64,000 nucleotides of DNA from an uncultured Bacilli bacterium (GCA_947632595.1 CANRPY010000007.1:238-64237); one strand, 5' to 3'; positions 27,509-38,906 are shown, numbered from the stretch's first letter. Notes: generated from the letters alone by a model not told the origin. Numbers and translations: made by a program.

Positions 27509-27608
27509 CTAAATGTTTGACGCCTCATGCTCAAACCGCATTGAAAAGGTAAAAACGGATATCCCGTACCTTAAGAGCGAGTCTTAAGTTGAATAAAGGA
27601 GGTAAAAA
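27509..27608 (+). promoter_or_regulatory. Structured 5' leader of rplU-prp-rpmA (possible L21-leader-type autoregulatory RNA)
   Basis: Hairpins AAGGTA-(15 nt)-TACCTT and CTTAAG-agcgagt-CTTAAG lie between the promoter and the RBS. Firmicute rplU operons are known to carry a ribosomal-protein leader. Confidence 0.35.
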
Positions 27609-27911
27609 ATGAAAGCTGTAATTAAAGTCGGTGGAAAGCAATACTATGTAACGGAAGGTGCAGAAATCTACGTTGAAAAGTTAAATTGTTCAACAGGAGA
27701 TGTTGTAAATTTCGACCAAGTATTAATGCTTGATGAAAAAATCGGAAATCCTTATCTTACAGGAGTTACTGTTCAAGGAGAAGTTCTAAAGAATGGTAAA
27801 AACAAGAAAATAAAAGTTTTCAAGTATAAATGTAAAGATAGATCTAACCGTGTAAAACAAGGACATAGACAACCTTATACAAAAATCAAAATTACAAAAA
27901 TTACAAAATAA
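27609..27911 (+). CDS. rplU: 50S ribosomal protein L21
   Basis: MKAVIKVGGKQYYVTEGAEIYVEKL. Confidence 0.95.
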   Translation: MKAVIKVGGKQYYVTEGAEIYVEKLNCSTGDVVNFDQVLMLDEKIGNPYLTGVTVQGEVLKNGKNKKIKVFKYKCKDRSNRVKQGHRQPYTKIKITKITK

Positions 27912-27913
27912 GT

Positions 27914-28216
27914 ATGATTACAATCCAAATTCAAAAAGAAAATAAAAAATATAAAAAGCTTAGTATTCTAGGACATGCAATGTATGCCGATCGAGGAAAA
28001 GACATTGTATGTAGTTCAGTAAGTAGTATCGTAATTACGACAGTAAACGGAATACTAACATTGGATAAAGGAAGTCTATCGTATATGGTTGGGAAAAAAG
28101 GAATGACTATCGATATTAAAAATGATGATGAAACAACCCAATTACTCATCCATAATATGGTTAATCTATTAAAAGATCTGGAAAAACAATATCCAGAAAA
28201 TGTAGAAGTGAAATAA
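27914..28216 (+). CDS. prp: Ribosomal-processing cysteine protease Prp
   Basis: [21 protein letters not shown] (His/Cys dyad); located between rplU and rpmA. Confidence 0.85.
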   Translation: MITIQIQKENKKYKKLSILGHAMYADRGKDIVCSSVSSIVITTVNGILTLDKGSLSYMVGKKGMTIDIKNDDETTQLLIHNMVNLLKDLEKQYPENVEVK

Positions 28217-28227
28217 GGAGGAGAATT

Positions 28228-28518
28228 ATGAAGTTATTAAAATTAGATATACAATTATTTGCTCACCACAAAGGGCAAGGATCAACATCTAATGGTCGTG
28301 ATTCTGCAGGAAGAAGACTAGGAGCGAAAGCAGCAGATGGAGAATTCATCACAGCTGGATCTATTATATATCGTCAAAGAGGAACAAAAATGTTTCCTGG
28401 AAACAATACTCGTCGTGGAAACGATGATACTATTTACGCAACAGTAGATGGAATTGTAAAATTTGAACGCTTAGGTAGAGACAAAAAACAAGCTTCAGTA
28501 TACCCAGTAGAAGGATAA
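28228..28518 (+). CDS. rpmA: 50S ribosomal protein L27 with a Prp-cleaved N-terminal extension
   Basis: [26 protein letters not shown]. The propeptide ends in the LFA-type cleavage motif. Confidence 0.95.
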   Translation: MKLLKLDIQLFAHHKGQGSTSNGRDSAGRRLGAKAADGEFITAGSIIYRQRGTKMFPGNNTRRGNDDTIYATVDGIVKFERLGRDKKQASVYPVEG

Positions 28519-28529
28519 AAGAAAATAGA

Positions 28530-28553
28530 AGAACCATTAGGGTTCTTTTTTTT
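28530..28553 (+). terminator. Rho-independent terminator
   Basis: AGAACC-attag-GGTTCT hairpin plus a T-run of 8. Confidence 0.65.
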
Positions 28554-28617
28554 CGAAGAACAATGTACAAAACAAAAAGAAAATGATATAATTTCTAGGA
28601 AAAAGGAGGGATTCTTT

Positions 28618-29889
28618 ATGTTCGTAGATGAAGTCATATTACGTGTAGAAGCAGGAAATGGTGGAGACGGATGTACGGCATTTCGTAGAGAAAAATTTGT
28701 GCCACTAGGAGGCCCTTATGGCGGAAATGGTGGACATGGATCGGATATTATCTTTAGAGTCGATGAAGGACTTCATACACTATTAGACTTACGTTATCAA
28801 AAAATGATTAAGGGGCCAAAAGGCGAAAATGGTCGAGGAAAGAATCAACATGGAAAAGGTGCAGAACCAACGATTATAAAAGTCCCTCAAGGAACCGTAG
28901 TAACCGATATGGATAGCGGTCTAGTAATTGCCGATTTAAAAGAAAAAAATGAAGAAGCCTTAATAGCCAAAGGGGGTAGAGGAGGAAGAGGAAATACTGC
29001 GTTTAAAACCCAAACCAATACCGCCCCTGATTATTCCGAAAACGGAGAAGAAGGCGAAAGAAAAAATATCAAAGTAGAAGTAAAAATGCTTGCAGATGTA
29101 GGTTTAGTTGGACTACCAAGTGTTGGAAAATCAACGATTATTTCCTGTATTTCTGCTTCACGCCCAAAAATTGCAGCCTACCATTTCACAACTCTAAGTC
29201 CAAACTTAGGAGTAACCAAATCATCAGATGGTAGAAGTTTTGTTGTTGCAGACCTACCAGGATTAATTGAAGGAGCAAGCAAAGGAGAAGGACTAGGAGA
29301 TAAATTCTTAAGACACATCGAAAGAACAAGAGTCCTTGCTCATGTAGTAGACATGTCAGGAAGTGAAGGAAGAAATCCTTACGAAGACTATGTCTTAATT
29401 AATAAAGAATTAAAAGAATACAATGAAAAATTATTGCAAAAACCAATGATAATCATTGCCAATAAAATGGATCTTCCCAATGCAAAAGAAAACTTAGAAG
29501 AATTCCGTAAAAAAGTAGATTGTGAAATCTGGGAAGTCAGTGCCGCAACCAATACGGGTCTACAAAAAGTAGTCAATCGTCTTGCGGACATCTTAGATAC
29601 CATTCCGCAACAAGCATTATATGAAGATAATCAAATAGAAAGTAAAATCTTATATAAATTTAAAAAAGAAGAACCATTTACCATAACAAGAGAAAACGAT
29701 GTCTGGGTTATCTCTGGAGAAGAAATTGAAAGAATCTTTAAGATGACCAAATTCCAATCAGAAGAAGCAGCATATCGTTTTGCCAAAAAAATGAAAAGAT
29801 TAGGAATTGACGATAAATTAAGAGAACTTGGTGCCAAAGAAGATGACCAAGTACGAATTCTAGATTTTTATTTTAACTATAAAGATTAG
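28618..29889 (+). CDS. obg: GTPase Obg
   Basis: MFVDEV..EAGNGGDGCTAFRREKF Obg fold, G1 GLPSVGKST, and a C-terminal OCT-type domain. Confidence 0.95.
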   Translation: MFVDEVILRVEAGNGGDGCTAFRREKFVPLGGPYGGNGGHGSDIIFRVDEGLHTLLDLRYQKMIKGPKGENGRGKNQHGKGAEPTIIKVPQGTVVTDMDSGLVIADLKEKNEEALIAKGGRGGRGNTAFKTQTNTAPDYSENGEEGERKNIKVEVKMLADVGLVGLPSVGKSTIISCISASRPKIAAYHFTTLSPNLGVTKSSDGRSFVVADLPGLIEGASKGEGLGDKFLRHIERTRVLAHVVDMSGSEGRNPYEDYVLINKELKEYNEKLLQKPMIIIANKMDLPNAKENLEEFRKKVDCEIWEVSAATNTGLQKVVNRLADILDTIPQQALYEDNQIESKILYKFKKEEPFTITRENDVWVISGEEIERIFKMTKFQSEEAAYRFAKKMKRLGIDDKLRELGAKEDDQVRILDFYFNYKD

Positions 29890-29934
29890 TATCCCCTTAA
29901 TTTATCAACAAGAAAAACACCAAGGGGGATATTT

Positions 29935-30747
29935 ATGGCATTATATAGAAATACCTGCATAGAGTTAAGCAAAGAGTCATATACAAAAGAATTGTATCGT
30001 TTCCAAGGAGCAAAAACCTGTAGTCGATTAGAAATAGGAAAGCCAAATGAAAAAAAATATATCTACGTGTCAGCTTCTCTTGATCATCATATGTACTTTA
30101 CAATGAAGAGATTAAAACAATTAATTGACCAACTTCTTCAAGAGACAAATGGAACAAGATTAAACGGAAAAGCGCTTCAAGAAACAGAAAGTTATAATTT
30201 AGTAAAAAAATTAGTTTTATACCAAGAAGGATTAGATGGTCTTACAAGTTACCGATTAATTACACCAAAATCTTTTGACAGATTAGTAAGAGGACACTGC
30301 GTAAGAAGTGATCAGAAAGTATCCGGAAAACATTACGTAGAAAAAGTAGATAGAAGAGTCTGCGGAGGAGGATTTGGGTTTGGAGAAGAATGGAAAGACC
30401 TATTAAATTATGTAACCTTATTCTCTGCAACCGCAAAAATTAGTAGAAAAGATATTTTAGAAATCATATCTAACATGCGAAAAAGTGGAAAAATGAATCA
30501 AAAAGATAACTTGCGTTTTTTACTGGGAGACCCAAATCGTTATCGCTATGAAATGAATCCAAATATTATCAGTGATTTTAATAAATATGATATTATAAAT
30601 GTATTGGAAATAATTCTAGAAAAAGGACTTATACCAGCAGGTTCTCCTCTAGAAGAGTCACCTAAACAAGTCATCAAAGAAGTCGTAGAAGACTATGAAG
30701 TAGGAAGACAAAAAACATTAGAATTATTAAGAAAGAAATATAAATAA
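29935..30747 (+). CDS. Hypothetical protein
   Basis: AAGGGGGA RBS 5 nt before the ATG. No recognised motif. Contains VCGGGFGFGEEW. Confidence 0.5.
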   Translation: MALYRNTCIELSKESYTKELYRFQGAKTCSRLEIGKPNEKKYIYVSASLDHHMYFTMKRLKQLIDQLLQETNGTRLNGKALQETESYNLVKKLVLYQEGLDGLTSYRLITPKSFDRLVRGHCVRSDQKVSGKHYVEKVDRRVCGGGFGFGEEWKDLLNYVTLFSATAKISRKDILEIISNMRKSGKMNQKDNLRFLLGDPNRYRYEMNPNIISDFNKYDIINVLEIILEKGLIPAGSPLEESPKQVIKEVVEDYEVGRQKTLELLRKKYK

Positions 30748-30759
30748 TAGGGTGGTTAT

Positions 30760-31452
30760 ATGAAGAGTTTAGAAAACAGAACACACTATCAAGAAATATT
30801 AGAATTTTTATATAAACATCCTACTTACTACACTTCTTTTGAGAGAAAAGGAATTCAAAGTTATGCCTTTCACGATAAAGAAGAAAATTTCTATTTAGAT
30901 GTGTTAAGAGAAATCTATGATGAATTAGGACTCATTCCCGATGAGAAAAATATCTACATTACATTCCAGAATCTAATTCAAGAATTATTTGGCACGGAAG
31001 AAAAAAATATCATTGAAGTAGGAGGAGGAGTCATTCCTAGACTTGCTACAAGAATTCGTATGCATCAACAAAAAGGAACCATTACTGTATATGATCCCCG
31101 TCTTGCAAAAGACATTAGAGGAGATGAAAGACTCATCTTAAAAAGAGAAAAATTCACGGATAAAACCCCAATTAAGAGAGCAGACTTATTAATAGGACTC
31201 ATGCCTTGCGAAGGAGCAGAACCATTAATTGACCAAGCACTAAAGCATAAAATAGACTTTGTCCTATGGTTTTGCGAAGGAGGGCCTCATGGAGATTACT
31301 TCGACTATTTTGAATCCGAAGAAGAGTGGTTATACAGTACACTATATTACGCAAGAAATGGTGTAGAAAATAAAGGAATGGGCAAATTAATGGTAAAACA
31401 TCTAGAACCATATCCAAATTACCCCATTATTTACAATCAAAGAGAAAAATAA
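30760..31452 (+). CDS. Hypothetical protein with a Rossmann-like (UPF0146/methyltransferase-like) core
   Basis: IIEVGGGVIPRLA (motif I-like), ITVYDPRL (acidic beta-2 end) and ADLLIGLMPCEGAEPL resemble the UPF0146 layout. Confidence 0.4.
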   Translation: MKSLENRTHYQEILEFLYKHPTYYTSFERKGIQSYAFHDKEENFYLDVLREIYDELGLIPDEKNIYITFQNLIQELFGTEEKNIIEVGGGVIPRLATRIRMHQQKGTITVYDPRLAKDIRGDERLILKREKFTDKTPIKRADLLIGLMPCEGAEPLIDQALKHKIDFVLWFCEGGPHGDYFDYFESEEEWLYSTLYYARNGVENKGMGKLMVKHLEPYPNYPIIYNQREK

Positions 31453-31473
31453 GTATGGATTTTTGAAAAAATA

Positions 31474-31482
31474 TGCTATAAT
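31474..31482 (+). promoter_or_regulatory. Extended -10 element TGcTATAAT
   Basis: Exact TGnTATAAT 31 nt upstream of ATG 31513. Confidence 0.5.
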
Positions 31483-31512
31483 TTTTGTAGAGTATACTAA
31501 AGAGGTGTTTGT

Positions 31513-32322
31513 ATGAAAAGTATAAGTTTCTTAGAAAAAAAGGGAGTAGACATAAAAACAAGTATGGAATTATTTGGAGATGTGTCTAAATATAACGATA
31601 AATTAGGAGAATTTTTAGTTGGAATTCATACAAAAATCAAGCAACTAATTGTATTTATGCAAAAGCAAGATTTACAAAATTACAATAGTTGTGTACGTTC
31701 TATGAAAAATGATGCCAAGTATTTTGGATTTAATTCTCTAGCAGAAAAAGCAGAAAATCATGAAGAGAGAAGTGAAGCAGGAGACTTATATTATATTTCA
31801 GAAAACATAAATGATTTAATAAAAGAAACCAATGATTCGATTGTCTTAATTCAAGAATATATGAACGGAAATGAAAAAGGAGAAGAAATTACTCCAACAA
31901 CAGAATCTGCAGAAGTATATTCTTCTGATACCATATTAGTTGTAGACGACTCCAACATTATTCGTAATTTCGTAAAAAGAATCTTTAAAGATAAATATGA
32001 AATTGGTACAGCAAAAGATGGAGAAGAAGCCATTAATATTATTGAAGCAAATAAAGATAATGGTACCATTAAGGCTATGCTACTAGATCTAAGTATGCCT
32101 AAAGTAGATGGATTTGGAGTCCTAGAATTCATGAGAAAAAATGGTTATTTGGAAGAAATCCCAGTATCTATCATTTCAGGTGACTCATCAAAAGAGACAA
32201 TTGATCGTGCCTTTACTTATAATATTGTAGATATGTTAAGTAAACCATTTAATGATAGTTCAATTACTTTAGTAGTAGAAAAAACAATAATGAGAAAGTC
32301 ACCAGAAGACGCAGAAGAATAA
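31513..32322 (+). CDS. HPt-like domain fused to a CheY-type receiver domain
   Basis: The N-terminal four-helix HPt-like segment has VRSMKNDAKYFGF where HPt domains have xHxLKGxAxxxG. The receiver shows ILVVDDS, LLDLSMPKVDG and SKPF. Confidence 0.6.
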   Translation: MKSISFLEKKGVDIKTSMELFGDVSKYNDKLGEFLVGIHTKIKQLIVFMQKQDLQNYNSCVRSMKNDAKYFGFNSLAEKAENHEERSEAGDLYYISENINDLIKETNDSIVLIQEYMNGNEKGEEITPTTESAEVYSSDTILVVDDSNIIRNFVKRIFKDKYEIGTAKDGEEAINIIEANKDNGTIKAMLLDLSMPKVDGFGVLEFMRKNGYLEEIPVSIISGDSSKETIDRAFTYNIVDMLSKPFNDSSITLVVEKTIMRKSPEDAEE

Positions 32323-32344
32323 AAAAGAAGGAAAAATCCTTCTT

Positions 32345-32665
32345 TTATTTTTGAAAAGAAATATGGTCTCCTACAGAAAAGAAAGAAGAAGAACCAACGG
32401 GTAAGACCAAAACACTTTTAGCCTTAAAATGAAGAAATCTCTTCTCACTTCTAACATTAGAATGAGAATAAAGAACAACTTGATCCTGATTTAAGAAATA
32501 AAGATCGACTCTTTGACAGAAAAAAGTCGTAGAAAAATATTTTTTTTTGGGAAAATACAAACCAAATTGTAAAGGTTCTAAATAAAACTTAAGAGATCGA
32601 AATCGATTAGAAAAAGTATCATAGGTCTTGATCTCTATTTTTTTATGATTATACTTTAAATACAT
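32345..32665 (-). CDS. DUF192 (COG1430) family protein
   Basis: FSNRFRSLKFY..LQFGLYFP...VDLYFLNQDQVVL...VLVLPVG follows the DUF192 pattern. Confidence 0.45.
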   Translation of the reverse strand: MYLKYNHKKIEIKTYDTFSNRFRSLKFYLEPLQFGLYFPKKKYFSTTFFCQRVDLYFLNQDQVVLYSHSNVRSEKRFLHFKAKSVLVLPVGSSSFFSVGDHISFQK

Positions 32666-32756
32666 AAGAGAAAATCACCTAATAGAATTATAACATATTT
32701 TGCTTTTAAATTTAGGAAAAATGTGGTATCCTAGAAAAGGAAATGGAGGGTTATAG

Positions 32757-33488
32757 ATGAGTGGACATTCAAAATGGGCAACAATTCATAGAAAAAAAGG
32801 ATTGTTAGACCAAGCTCGTGGAAAAGTATTCCAAAAACTTGCAAAAGAAATTATGGTTGCAGCGAAGGGCGGAAGTCCTGACCCGAGTCAAAATGCTGCC
32901 CTAAGATTAGCAGTTGACAAGGCAAAAGCTCAAAATATGCCAAAAGATAACATTCAAAAAGCCATTGAAAAAGCAACAGGCGGTGCAGATGGTGCAAATT
33001 ATGAAAACGTTCGTTATGAAGGATATGGTCATGGAGGAGTAGCCTTCATGGTAGATTGCCTAACAGATAATAGAAATCGTACCGCATCTCAAGTAAGAGC
33101 AGCCTTTACCAAAGCCGGAGGAAATCTTGGAACAGATGGATCCGTTAGTTATATGTTTGAAAGACGTGGTTCCATTGTAATACCAGGAGAATATGATGAA
33201 GATACTATGATGATGACATCTCTAGATGCAGGAGCTCTAGACTTTGAAAAAATAGAAGATACTTACAGTATCACAACCGATGCAAATTCCTTTACTGCAG
33301 TAAAAGATGCCTTAGAAGAGGCAGGAGTGAAAGAATTCCTAGAGTGTGAATTAACCTATATTCCAAATATGGAAGTAGAACTAGATGAAGAAGGACAAGA
33401 AAAAGTAATGAAACTAGTAGATGTTCTAGAAGACTTAGATGATGTACAAGATGTATACTATAACTTAAAAGAAACAGAAGATAGATAA
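32757..33488 (+). CDS. yebC: YebC/PmpR family DNA-binding regulator
   Basis: MSGHSKWATIHRKKG N-terminus and conserved body. Confidence 0.92.
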   Translation: MSGHSKWATIHRKKGLLDQARGKVFQKLAKEIMVAAKGGSPDPSQNAALRLAVDKAKAQNMPKDNIQKAIEKATGGADGANYENVRYEGYGHGGVAFMVDCLTDNRNRTASQVRAAFTKAGGNLGTDGSVSYMFERRGSIVIPGEYDEDTMMMTSLDAGALDFEKIEDTYSITTDANSFTAVKDALEEAGVKEFLECELTYIPNMEVELDEEGQEKVMKLVDVLEDLDDVQDVYYNLKETEDR

Positions 33489-33503
33489 TTTCTATCTTTT
33501 TTC
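33479..33503 (+). terminator. Rho-independent terminator
   Basis: AGATAGA-taatt-TCTATCT hairpin plus TTTTT. Confidence 0.6.
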
Positions 33504-33582
33504 TTTACACGATAAAACATTTGTTCAATTATTATTTGCTTATTTTTCTTTTTTCATATATAATGATAATGGAGATGATAAA

Positions 33583-34146
33583 GTGTACGATTATATCAAA
33601 GGAACCATTACCAATATTAAAAATAATGCAATTGTAGTAGAAAATAATAATATAGGATACTTAGTAAATGTATCCAATCCTTTTTCTTATGAAATTGGTA
33701 AAGACTATAAAATCTATATCTACCAACATATAACAGAAGAAGAAAATACTCTTTATGGATTTAAAACACCAGAAGAAAAAGACTTTTTCTTAAAATTAAT
33801 TAGTGTAAAAGGACTAGGTTGTAAAATGGCATTACCGATTTTAGCAGTAGGTTCTATTGAAGGAATCATGGATGCCATTGAAAGAGAAAATGTCTTATAT
33901 TTAAAAAAATTCCCAAAAATTGGAGATAAATTAGCAAAACAAATTGTTCTAGATTTAAAAGGAAAATTAGAGTTTATTGGTGTAGGAATTAGTGAGGATG
34001 AAATGGAGACCGAAAACGAATTAAAAGAAGTATTAATTGGTTTAGGATACAAAGAAAAAGAAATTACACCAGTTCTAGCCAAAGTAGATACCTCTCTTCC
34101 GATAGAAGGACAAGTAAAAGATGCCTTAAAGCTATTACTACGTTAA
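33583..34146 (+). CDS. ruvA: Holliday junction helicase subunit RuvA
   Basis: GTG start. YDYIKGTI..., HhH region LISVKGLGCKMAL, immediately upstream of ruvB. Confidence 0.9.
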   Translation: MYDYIKGTITNIKNNAIVVENNNIGYLVNVSNPFSYEIGKDYKIYIYQHITEEENTLYGFKTPEEKDFFLKLISVKGLGCKMALPILAVGSIEGIMDAIERENVLYLKKFPKIGDKLAKQIVLDLKGKLEFIGVGISEDEMETENELKEVLIGLGYKEKEITPVLAKVDTSLPIEGQVKDALKLLLR

Positions 34147-34164
34147 TGAGAAAGGAGTACGAGT

Positions 34165-35157
34165 ATGAAAGAAAGTATTCTAAAAAACTATGATTTATTG
34201 GATGATCAAGCAATGGATAATACCATTCGTCCAGAAACCATGGAAGAATATATTGGTCAAACCGATGTCAAAGAAAATATTAAAATCTTTGTAGAAGCCG
34301 CTAAAATGAGAAATGAAGCGCTAGACCATGTTCTTTTATATGGCCCTCCTGGTCTTGGAAAAACCACTCTTGCCTTTATTATTGCAAGAGAATTAGGAAG
34401 TAACATTAAAACAGCAAGTGGACCAAGTATTGAAAAAAGTGGCGATTTAGCAGCCATTTTATCAACCCTAGAACCAGGGGATGTCTTATTTATAGATGAA
34501 ATTCATAGAATGCCAAAATATATCGAAGAAATTCTCTATCCTGCAATGGAAGACTTTTCTCTAGATATCATAGTAGGACAAGAAGGAAACACGAGAAACA
34601 TTAAAATAGACCTTCCTCCCTTCACTCTTGTAGGAGCAACCACAAGAGCAGGAGACTTATCTTCTCCTCTAAGAGATCGTTTTGGAATTGTATCGAAATT
34701 ACAATTTTATACAGTAGAAGAATTAACAGATATCATTAAAAGAACCTCTAGAGTCTTACAAATGCCAATTGAGGAAGAAGCTGCTGTAGAGCTTGCAAAG
34801 AGAAGTAGAGGAACTCCAAGAGTTGCTAATCGTTTATTTAAAAGAGTAAGAGACTTTGCAATGGTAAAACAAAAAGATGCGATTACATTAGAAGTAACAG
34901 AAGAAGCACTCGAACGTCTAAAAGTAGATAAAATAGGATTAGATAGTACCGATAGAGAACTCTTACTTGCCATCATCAATCGCTTTAATGGAGGGCCTGT
35001 CGGAATCGAAGCACTAAGTAGTTCTATTGGAGAAGAAACAACAACCATAGAAGATGTCTATGAGCCTTATCTATTACAAGTCGGATTATTAAAAAGAACC
35101 GCAAGAGGTAGAGTAGTAACCGATAAGGCATATGAAGTATTAGGAATAAAAAAATAG
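34165..35157 (+). CDS. ruvB: Holliday junction helicase RuvB
   Basis: [12 protein letters not shown], Walker [10 protein letters not shown], and DEIHR. Confidence 0.95.
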   Translation: MKESILKNYDLLDDQAMDNTIRPETMEEYIGQTDVKENIKIFVEAAKMRNEALDHVLLYGPPGLGKTTLAFIIARELGSNIKTASGPSIEKSGDLAAILSTLEPGDVLFIDEIHRMPKYIEEILYPAMEDFSLDIIVGQEGNTRNIKIDLPPFTLVGATTRAGDLSSPLRDRFGIVSKLQFYTVEELTDIIKRTSRVLQMPIEEEAAVELAKRSRGTPRVANRLFKRVRDFAMVKQKDAITLEVTEEALERLKVDKIGLDSTDRELLLAIINRFNGGPVGIEALSSSIGEETTTIEDVYEPYLLQVGLLKRTARGRVVTDKAYEVLGIKK

Positions 35158-35180
35158 GAAAGTCGAAAGACTTTCTTTTC
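35158..35180 (+). terminator. Rho-independent terminator
   Basis: GAAAGTC-gaaa-GACTTTC hairpin plus TTTT. Confidence 0.6.
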
Positions 35181-35195
35181 TATCCTTATAAAATA

Positions 35196-35204
35196 TGGTA
35201 TAAT
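35196..35204 (+). promoter_or_regulatory. Extended -10 element TGgTATAAT
   Basis: Exact TGnTATAAT 26 nt upstream of ATG 35230. Confidence 0.5.
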
Positions 35205-35229
35205 GTAGCTTAGTTATGGAGGAAGTACC

Positions 35230-36264
35230 ATGAAAGTAGAAGACTTTGATTATAATTTACCAGAAGAGTTAATTGCTCAAACTCCTATCAAAGAGCGAGA
35301 TCACTCTAGACTACTCGTTCTAGACAAAACAACAGGAGAGATAGAACATAAACACTTTTATGACATCATAGACTATTTAGAAGAAGGGGATACCCTAGTC
35401 TTAAATGATTCGAAAGTTTTACCTGCAAGATTAATTGGAATCAAAGAAGAAACCAATGCTGTGATAGAGATTTTACTTCTAAAAAACATTGAAAAAGATG
35501 ATTGGGAATGTTTGGTAAAACCAGCAAGAAGAATAAAAGTAGGAACTACAGTATTTTTTGGAAATGGAGAACTAAAAGCAACTTGTTTAGAAGAAAAAGA
35601 AGAAGGAATCCGCATCTTTCATCTAGAATATCAAGGAATCTTATTAGAAATTCTAGAAAAATTAGGAACCATGCCTCTACCTCCTTATATCCATGAAAAA
35701 TTAAAAGATCAATCTAGATATCAAACGGTATATGCCAAAGAAGTAGGAAGTGCTGCAGCTCCAACCGCAGGACTACACTTTACGAAAGAACTATTAGAAA
35801 AAATTGAAAAGAAAAAAGTAAATATTGCCTATATTACCCTACATGTTGGTTTAGGAACATTCCGACCAGTCAGTGTAGAAAAAATAGAAGACCACGAGAT
35901 GCATAAAGAGTTCTATATGATGTCAAAAGAAGTAGCAGACTTGTTGAACAAGACAAGAGAAGAGAAAAAAAGAATCATTGCGGTAGGAACAACGAGCACC
36001 AGAACTCTAGAAACCATCGCAAGTAAATACCAGGAATTTAGAGAATGTAGTGGCTGGACCGATATCTTTATTTATCCAGGCTATGAATGGAAAGCAGTCG
36101 ATTGTTTAATTACCAATTTTCATCTACCAAAATCGACATTAGTTATGTTAGTCTCATCCCTTGCCGGTAGAGAAAACATTCTTCATGCATATCAAGTAGC
36201 AATCGAGGAGAAGTATCGTTTCTTCTCCTTTGGAGATGCCATGTTTATCACGAATCATAAATAA
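35230..36264 (+). CDS. queA: S-adenosylmethionine:tRNA ribosyltransferase-isomerase
   Basis: [25 protein letters not shown] and [10 protein letters not shown]. Confidence 0.93.
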   Translation: MKVEDFDYNLPEELIAQTPIKERDHSRLLVLDKTTGEIEHKHFYDIIDYLEEGDTLVLNDSKVLPARLIGIKEETNAVIEILLLKNIEKDDWECLVKPARRIKVGTTVFFGNGELKATCLEEKEEGIRIFHLEYQGILLEILEKLGTMPLPPYIHEKLKDQSRYQTVYAKEVGSAAAPTAGLHFTKELLEKIEKKKVNIAYITLHVGLGTFRPVSVEKIEDHEMHKEFYMMSKEVADLLNKTREEKKRIIAVGTTSTRTLETIASKYQEFRECSGWTDIFIYPGYEWKAVDCLITNFHLPKSTLVMLVSSLAGRENILHAYQVAIEEKYRFFSFGDAMFITNHK

Positions 36265-36338
36265 ATTTTATAGCGAAAAAGAATTGACACGATTTTTCTT
36301 TTTTGCTAGCATATTCTTTGCACTTAGGGGGAGAATCC

Positions 36339-37337
36339 ATGAAATTAGTGGCAGAACAAATAGAAGTATTACGAAAAAGAAAACAAGAATTATTACAAAG
36401 AATCGAAGAGTATCAAAAACATTGTCAAACAAGAGAAAGTGTAGGGTTAGATGGCATCGGCGCTCCCCATTTTCAAGATTTAGAGATGGATTTAGCAAAT
36501 CATTCTGAACGTAGTGAATTAAATCAAATCGATGAATTATTAAAGACATCAGAATTTTTAGTAGATAGAAACTTTGAGGTAATTGATATTGGAACAGCAT
36601 TCTATATAGACTTTGGTCATGGTGATAAAGAACGTACCATGTTAGTAGATGAAGGAACAGGAATCTACCGAAAAGCAGAAATTACACCAACAGTAACCAG
36701 TGACTTTGGTCGTGCAGTAAGAGGAAAAACAGAAGGAGAAACGATATCTTACCAAGTAAAAGCAACCGGAAGAATGGTCAGTGTAACAATCGGTGAAATC
36801 GATCGTATTCAAAAAAATTACACCCACTTCATCAAAGAAAAAGAGTACGCTTCTCGTATTAGTAAACCAGTAAAAGTAGAACATGGTCGTCTAAAAAAAG
36901 AAGACGAAGAAGAATATAGAAGAAGACATGCGATAACACCTAGTCAAGTAGAAATGTTAAAAGAAGAATTATCGAAAATAAAAGATTCTAGCAAAGATCC
37001 AAAACAAAAATCAAGAAAGGCAATTATTCTAAAGTTATTGGCAGAAAACAATATTGCCCCATCTCCAACCGGAACAAAAGTAGAAGTAGGATCCATAGTA
37101 GAATTTATGTTAAAAGAAGAAGGACAAGATCCAACTTTCCATCAAGTAGAATTCATCAATCAAGCAGTCTCAACCGAAACAGATGGAATGTATGTAGAGC
37201 GAATCTCTCCTTTAGGAGCAGCTCTATATGGATTAGAAAGGGAAGAAACCTTTGAAGTAAAAAGAAAACACTTACCGAGTATAAAAGGCATGGTTACAAG
37301 AGTAATAAATGCCGAAGAAAAGAGAAGAGCAAGATAA
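36339..37337 (+). CDS. GreA/GreB-related protein with two GreA C-terminal-like domains
   Basis: AGGGGGA RBS before ATG 36339. N-terminal coiled coil. Two FKBP-like GreA-C motifs: SDFGRAVRGKTEGETISYQV and ISPLGAALYGLEREETFEV. Confidence 0.5.
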   Translation: MKLVAEQIEVLRKRKQELLQRIEEYQKHCQTRESVGLDGIGAPHFQDLEMDLANHSERSELNQIDELLKTSEFLVDRNFEVIDIGTAFYIDFGHGDKERTMLVDEGTGIYRKAEITPTVTSDFGRAVRGKTEGETISYQVKATGRMVSVTIGEIDRIQKNYTHFIKEKEYASRISKPVKVEHGRLKKEDEEEYRRRHAITPSQVEMLKEELSKIKDSSKDPKQKSRKAIILKLLAENNIAPSPTGTKVEVGSIVEFMLKEEGQDPTFHQVEFINQAVSTETDGMYVERISPLGAALYGLEREETFEVKRKHLPSIKGMVTRVINAEEKRRAR

Positions 37338-37368
37338 GCTCTTCTTCTTGTTTTGAAAACAAATATAA

Positions 37369-38526
<1,158 letters not shown>

Positions 38527-38538
38527 ACTCTTCTTTTT

Positions 38539-38789
38539 TTAAACGTAAAAAATAGAAGAAGAGGAAGAAGAATTTTTCTCTTCCAAAGCATCATCATTCT
38601 GAAAAATATTACCGATTTGAGAAAACGTTCTAAGATTAGAAAGAATCGGTTTTACCTGTTGGTAGACAGGAATTGCTTGATGAACCACCGATAACGTCTT
38701 ACTCGCGCCATCTAAAAGTCCTGCAAAATCAATATCTTTTAAAAAAGAAAACCCTCGAAAAAAAGAATGACCACCTGGATTTGGATACA
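38539..38789 (-). CDS. YqfQ-like small protein
   Basis: AGAGGTG RBS before ATG 38789 (MYPNPGG...). LLDGASKTLSVVHQAIPVYQQVKPILSNL resembles the YqfQ/VrrA core. Confidence 0.4.
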
Positions 38790-38906
38790 TAAAAAACACC
38801 TCTAACATAGTGTATGTAAAAGTAAGAAAATGTTTAAAATTCTATTTAAAAATAGTAAGATCTATGTTAGAATAAAATAGAGTAAGAATAGAAAGGAGGA
38901 TATCAT

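Noticed and set aside
36230-36600. Overlapping 92-aa (+) and 110-aa (-) ORFs at the queA/GreA-like junction
   Set aside because: Both overlap the better-supported frames of queA and the GreA-like gene, and both lack an RBS.
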